From Octopus vulgaris (taxonomy: Eukaryota): a DNA stretch of 64,000 nt. Positions 57,701 through 64,000 of this stretch are shown here, piece by piece. Numbering within the stretch: position 1 is the stretch's first letter; each line of letters opens with the position of its first letter. The translations under genes and the position numbers were made by a program. Under the pieces are notes generated by a model. That model saw only the letters and a program-made list of their open reading frames with translations, searched no databases and was not told where the DNA came from. Location of the stretch: positions 12,090,001-12,154,000 of the forward strand of contig OX597839.1 of assembly GCA_951406725.2 (NCBI GenBank), given 5' to 3'.

Positions 57701-60700
57701 TGTGCCAAAAAGAGGAATGGATAGGGCCATTAAGAAGCATGGATAAGGCAATTAGAAGCACGGATGAGGCAATTGCAAGCATGGATCAGGCAATTAGATG
57801 CATGGATGAGAGAATTAGAAGCATGGATTAGGCATTTAGAAGCATGCCTGACGCAATTAGAAGCATGAGACAATTAGAAGCATGGATGAGGGACGTAGAA
57901 GCATAGATGAGGCAATTAGATGAATGCCTGACGCAAATAGAAGCATGGGAGAGGCAATTGCAAGCATGGATCAGGCAATTAGATGCATGGATGAGAGAAT
58001 TAGAAGAATGCCTGACGCAATGAGAAGCATGGATGACACAATTTCGAAGCATGGAAGGGGCGATTAGAAGTATGAATGAGGCAATTAGAAGCATGGAAGA
58101 GGCAATTAGAAGCATGGATGTGGCAATTAGAAGCATTGATAGGGCAATTAAAAGCATGGATAAGGCAATCAGAAGCATGGATGAGGGAATTAGAAGCATG
58201 GAAAAGGAAATTAGAAGCACGGATGAGGCAATTGCAAGCATGGCTCAGACAAATAGATGCATGGATGAGAGAATTAGAAGCATGGATGAGGCATTTAGGA
58301 GCATGCCTAACGCAATTAGACGCATGGAGGAGACAATTGCAAGCATGGATCAGGCAATGATATCCATGAATGATACAATTAGAAGCATGGATGAGGCAAT
58401 TAGAAGGATGAATGAAGCATTTAGAAGCATGTAAGAGGCAACTAGAAGAATGGATGAAACAATGGATGAGGCAATCAGAAGCATGGAAGCGGCAATAAGA
58501 ATCATGGAGCAGGCAATTCCAAGATTGGATAAGAGAATGAGAAGCATGGATGAGAGAACTAGAAGCATGGATGAGGCATTTAGATGCATGCCCATACGCA
58601 ATTAGAAGAATGGATGTCACAATTAGAAGCATGTAAGAGGCAATTAGAAGAATGGATGAGACAATTAGAAGCATGGATGAGGCAATTAGAATCATGGATC
58701 AGGCAATTCTGAGCATGGAGGAGAGAATTAGAAGCAATTAGAAGCATGGCGGAGGCATTTAGAAGCATGCCTAACGCAATTAGAAGCATGGAAGAGGCAA
58801 TTAGAAAAATGGATTAGTGCAAATACAAGCATGGAAGATGCACTTAGAAGCAGGGAAGAGGCAATAAGAATCATGGAGCAGGCAATTCTAGGCATGGATA
58901 AGAGATTTAGAACATGGATTAGACAATTAGAAGCATGGATGAGGGAATGAGACACATAGATGAGGCAATTAGAAGCATGCCTGACGCAATTAGAACAATG
59001 GGAGAGTAAATCGCAAGCATGGATCAGGCAATGATATGCATGGATGAGAGAATTAGAAGCATGGATGACGCATTTAGAAGCATGCCTGACGCAATGAGAA
59101 GCATGGATGACACAATTAGAAGCATGGAAGGCGCAATTAGAAGTATGAATGAGGCAATTAGAAGCATGGAAGAGGCAATTAGAATCATGGATGAAACATA
59201 AAGAAGCATGGGTTAGTCAAATAGATGCATGGATGTGGCAAATAAAGGCATGGATGGGGCAATTAGAAGAATGGATGAGGCAATAAGAAGCATGGATGAG
59301 GGAATTAAAAGCATGGAATAGGCAATTGGAAGGACGGATGAGGCAATTGCAAGTATGGCTCAGGCAATTAGATGCATGGAAGAGGCAATTAGAATCATGG
59401 ATCAGGCAATTCTGAGCATGGATAAGAAAATTAGAAGCATGGATGAGACAATTAGAAGCATGGATGAGGCATTTAGAATCATGCCTGACGCAATCAGAAG
59501 CATGGAAAAGGCAATTGCAAGCATGGATCAGGCAATGCGATGCATGGATGAGGGAATTAGAATCATGGATGAGGGAATTAGAAGCATGGATGAGAGAATT
59601 AGAAGCATGGATAAGGCAATGAGAAGCATGGATGAGGGAATTGCAAACATGGATCAGGCAATTAGATGCATGGATGAGAGAATTAGTAGCATGGATGAGG
59701 CATTCGGATGCATTCCTGATGCAATTAGAAGAATGGATGTCACAATTAGAAGCATGGAAGAGGCAATTAGACGTATGAATGAGGCAATTGGAAGCATGTA
59801 AGTGGCAATTAGAAGAATGGATGAGACAATTAGAAGCATGTAAGAGGCAATTGCAAGCATGGATCTGGCAATTAGATGCATGGATGAGAGAATTAGAAGC
59901 ATGGCTGAGCCATTTAGAAGCATGCCTGACGCAATGAGAAGCATGGATGACACAATTACAAGCACGGAAGGGGAGATTAGAAGTATGAATGAGGCAATCA
60001 GAAGCACGGAAGAGGCAATTAGAAGCATGGATGAGACAATAAGAAGCATGGGTGAGTCAATTGGAAGCCTGGATTTGGCAAGAAGAGGCATGAATGTGGC
60101 AACTAGAAGCATGGATGAGAAAATTAGAAGCATGGATGAGAGAAATAGAAGCATGGATAAGGGAATTTGAAGCATGGATGGGAGAATTAGAAACATGGAT
60201 GAGGCATTTAGAAGCATGCCTGACGCAATTAGAGACATGGATGACACAACACACTTAGAAGCATGGAAGGGACAATTAGAAGCATGGATGAGACAATTAG
60301 GAGCACAGATAAGGTAATGAGAAGCATGAATGAGGCAATCAGAGGCTTGGATGAGGCAATTAAAAGCATGGAAGCGGCAATTGAATGCATGGATCAGGCA
60401 ATTAGAAGCATGGAAGGGAGAATTAGAAGTATGGCTGAGGCAATTCGATGCATGGATGACACAATTAGAAGCATGGAAGAGGCAATTAGAAGCATGGATG
60501 AGGCTATTAGAAACATGGAAGGGGCAATTAGAAGCATGAATGAGGCAATTAGAAGCATGGATGAGGCAATTAAATGTATGGCGGAGGCAATTAGAAGAAT
60601 AGATTAGGTAATTAGAAGCCTGTATAAGGCAATTAGAAACATGGATAAGGCAATTTGAAGCATGGATGAGGCAAATAGAAGCATGGATGAAGCAATTAGA

Positions 60701-61125
60701 AGTATGGATGGGGCAATTAGAAACATAACGGAGGCAATCAGAAGCATGGATGAGGCAATCAGAATCATGGATGAGGCAAGTAGCAGCATGGAAAAGGCAA
60801 TTAGAAGCATGAATGAGACAATTAAAAGCATGGAAGAGGCAATTTGAATCATGGAAGAGACAATTTGAAGCATGGATGAGGCAAATAGAAGCATGGATGA
60901 AGCAATTAGAAGTATGGATGGGGCAATTAGAAACATAACGGAGTCAATCAGAAGCATGGATGAGGCAATCAGAATCATGGATGAGGCAAGTAGCAGCATG
61001 GAAAAGGCAATTAGAAGCATGAATGAGACAATTAAAAGCATGGAAGAGGCAATTTGAATCATGGAAGAGACAATTAGAAGCATGGATGAGGCAAATAGCA
61101 GCATGGAAGACGCAATTAGAATCAC
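54765..61125 (+). repeat. 21-bp minisatellite (consensus gcaattagaagcatggatgag), roughly 300 units
   Basis: Clear 21-bp period; translates as (MDEAIRS)n interrupted by stops and frameshifts. Confidence 0.95.
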
Positions 61126-61142
61126 GTATGAGATAATTGACT

Positions 61143-61289
61143 CCAGTGCGTAACTGGTACTTAATTTATCGACCCCGAAAGGATGAAAGGCAAAGTCGAC
61201 CTCGGCGGAATTTGAACTCGGAACGTAACGGCAGACGAAATACGGCTACGCATTTCGCCCGACGTGCTAACGTTTCTGCCAGCTCGCCA
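61143..61289 (-). mobile_element. SINE family B, 3'-truncated
   Basis: ccagtgcgtaactggtacttaatttatcgaccccgaaagg...ctgccagctcgcc. Confidence 0.85.
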
Positions 61290-61706
61290 CACTCGATTCA
61301 TAAGTGCAATGGACTCTGGGAAAACCCCTGGTTTCGACATCACTGTGCTTCTCAGACAAAACCTACCCCAAACTAATGAATCTAACAAGAAATCAAAAGC
61401 TCTTGTTTATAATTTCAGCAAACAAATTGTTTACTGTTACGTGCAGACGATATCTGGAAGCCGATAATAAATCGCCATATGCACGGTGTGGATAGTTATT
61501 AATATGCACTCTGCATCTTATCTATGAAACGAAGGCAAATGCTCAACGGAGAATATAATTAAGATATAATTGGGGCGTGTAATGATAATAAGAAATTGTA
61601 ATCGCTATATAAACAGAGTATAGACATAAATTAAGGCTTGTAAACATATTTATTTTGACTTATCTTCGCAATCTGACCTGATTTTCACGTGAAGCAAATA
61701 TCGTAG

Positions 61707-61737
<31 letters not shown>

Positions 61738-61798
61738 CATACATACATACCTGAATCCATACATACATATGGACAGATACACAAATACACGTGAGCGC

Positions 61799-61829
<31 letters not shown>

Positions 61830-62251
61830 TGTATGTATGTATGTATGTATCTATCATTTTTATATTTTTGTGTACGTATGACTTACGAGTGTATTATATG
61901 TTTATAACTATATATATATATGCGCACGCATACATACATACATATATGTATGTATGTATCAGTTCGATTTGAAAACCCCACTAGAATGGGAGAAAGCGCT
62001 AATATTTGATATATGATCTAAGTTATATGATGTATAAAAACATGTTATATACAAATAAATATCTGTAAATATAAAACCATCCGAATTTCTGAGTACCTCA
62101 TTTCTTTTAATATATAATACCTGTACATCATCTCCAACCTTCGAGACCCATAATAGCAGGTCCCGCATGCGAAACCCACCGCCTCAGTAACTTTTTAGAC
62201 ACCCTGTTAAAACCACTCCTCAAACATGTCAAAAGCTATATAAGGGACGAC

Positions 62252-63163
62252 TTGGATATGCTCAATCACCTTCCGAATACTATAAACAAAAACACCATAC
62301 TGGTATCCTTCGATGTAGTCAACCTCTACTCCAATATCCCCCACAACCTAGGACTAGAGGCAATCCAATTCTGGCAAGAGAATCACGCCAACGAACTCCC
62401 ACATCGCATCAAAAAAGAATTCGTGACAGAAGGGGTTAAATTCATCCTGGAAAATAACTTCTTCGCCTTCAAAGACAACTTCTACCGACAAAAATCGGGG
62501 ACTGCGATGGGTACACGAATGGCCCCCTCCTTTGCCAACCTAGTCATAGGATATCTAGAGATCAGTCTGTATCGTAAGGTTCTAGAAAGATATGGCAGCC
62601 CTTTCTCCATCTACATAGAAAACAACTGGAAGAGATATCTAGATGACTGTTTCATTCTTTGGCATGAAAATATAGAGAAACTCAAAGAACTCCAAGAAAT
62701 TTTAAACGGACTGAACGTAAACATCCAATTCACGATGGAATATAGCCAGCAACAACTCCCCTTCCTCGATATCCTCATTAAGAAAACTAATAATGTAATA
62801 GAAACAGACATATATTATAAGCCTACAGATTCTAAGCAATATCTTCCATTCAATTCATGCCACCCCAGACACACCAGGATGAATATCCCCTTCAATCTAG
62901 CAAAAAGGATATGCACTATAGTTTCTAATGCAAACACCAGAGACACACGACTACAAGAACTAAAAGATACCCTTATCACCAGGAACTACCCACCTTCACT
63001 TATTGACATGTGCATTCAACGTGCCCTTCAACTTAACATCCAGGAACTGAGACATCCCAAATCAAAGAAAACTTACGACCAAAAGCCTTACCATACATCT
63101 CCACACACAACCCTCTCAACAATGAAGCCTTCGGCACCATCCTCCACAACATACCCCTCCTAA
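62252..63163 (+). pseudogene. PLE reverse transcriptase domain
   Basis: Canonical PLE RT motifs with the YLDD catalytic box; the ORF is truncated upstream and shifted downstream. Confidence 0.9.
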
Positions 63164-63177
63164 AAAAAGACCACAGA

Positions 63178-63705
63178 ATGAACACAATCCTCCAAACACA
63201 CACGATCATAAAAAGCAAGAGACAGCCTAAATCTATGAAAAGTCTCCTAACACAAGCCCGAATACACTCTTCAACACAGAAGCCGACAGTAAAAAAATGT
63301 GGAAGACCCAATTGCGGGATATGCGATTATCTAATTGAGGGATCAGAGTTCTCCTTCAAACAGGGACAACGGTTTACAGTGAAAAGCAACTTCACATGTG
63401 CTTCGGAGAACCTGATATACACACTAACCTGCTCTGGGTGTCAAGAGCAGTACATAGGCCAAACAAAAAATAGTTTGCGTAAAAGAATGGCCCTGCACAG
63501 ATCCCAGATAAAAATTCCCCAAAACAGAAAAATAGCTTTCAGCCAACACATAGATACTTGCGCTAACAACAAAACACCAGGCTTCAGGATTTTCCCCCTC
63601 TACCAATTTAGGGACGATACAACCTCGAGACAACGAATAAGTAAAGAAACTCTCTTTATTACAAAATACAGGCCACTTCTTAACGGGTCTACGACAAACG
63701 ATTAA
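63178..63705 (+). pseudogene. PLE GIY-YIG endonuclease domain
   Basis: LIY...C..C...YIGQT...R...H, with an upstream CxxxxCxxC motif. Confidence 0.9.
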
Positions 63706-64000
63706 TACACCTCAGCTTTAGAATAACAGAAATACACACGCAAATATTACATTCCAAAGAATCCATTACAAATCCCAGTCACAGCTATAATCCATAACGT
63801 GCCAACTTCAAGTCATACAACACCTCACTACTTTCACCCATTCATATTCTCCCTTCTCTTTTTTCTTCTTCTTCTTCATCATCATTATCATCATCATCGT
63901 CGTCATCATCATCACCATCATCATCATCTTCTTCTTCTCCTTCTTCTTCTTCTTCTCCTTCTTCTTCTTCTTCATCATCATCAACATCGTCATCTTCTTC

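Larger units (their letters stand above)
62115..63810 (+). mobile_element. 5'-truncated Penelope-like element (RT + GIY-YIG, Neptune-like Cys linker), one frameshift
   Basis: RPIIAG (62144), SFDVVNLYSNIP, GTAMG..MAPSFANL, RYLDDCF, LPFLD, YYKPT and SCHP. A frameshift near 63060-63085 leads into LPYISTHNP...KCGRPNCGIC...NLIYTLTCSGCQEQYIGQT...RMALHR...KYRPLLN. Confidence 0.95.

Noticed and set aside
54765-61125. Reflectin-like or chemoreceptor/myosin-like gene
   Set aside because: It lacks the Tyr/Trp/Pro-rich reflectin motif and any non-repetitive domain, and it has many stops and frameshifts.
61325-61370. Minus-strand ctgagaag...gtcgaaacc motif
   Set aside because: The core spacing is wrong and there is no helix I pairing.

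Overview
Eukaryotic, very AT-rich, repeat-dominated 64 kb with no convincing host protein-coding exon. The (TA)n/(TATG)n/(CA)n/(ATT)n load and the SINE families suggest an octopus (coleoid cephalopod) genome; this is an inference. Nearly all listed ORFs are microsatellite read-throughs. Recognisable content: three families of tRNA-headed SINEs, a hAT MITE, four Tc1/mariner relics (DD34D, DD36E, DD37D), RTE and L1/Tx1-like LINE fragments, a near-intact 5'-truncated Penelope-like element (RT + GIY-YIG), a second decayed GIY-YIG, and a tRNA-Pro pseudogene. Three things stand out. (1) Several short non-autonomous elements carry type-I hammerhead ribozyme folds and/or a Penelope-style 'inverted arm + tailed copy' architecture; one is a tRNA-headed SINE dimer inserted as a single palindromic unit with a 13-bp TSD. 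(2) A 12.6-kb bipartite array is built from two diverged versions of one 27-bp monomer in opposite orientation around an ~85-bp spacer. (3) A 6.4-kb 21-bp array has a consensus that reads as a coiled-coil heptad (IRSMDEA). All alignments and folds were done by eye and boundaries are approximate.
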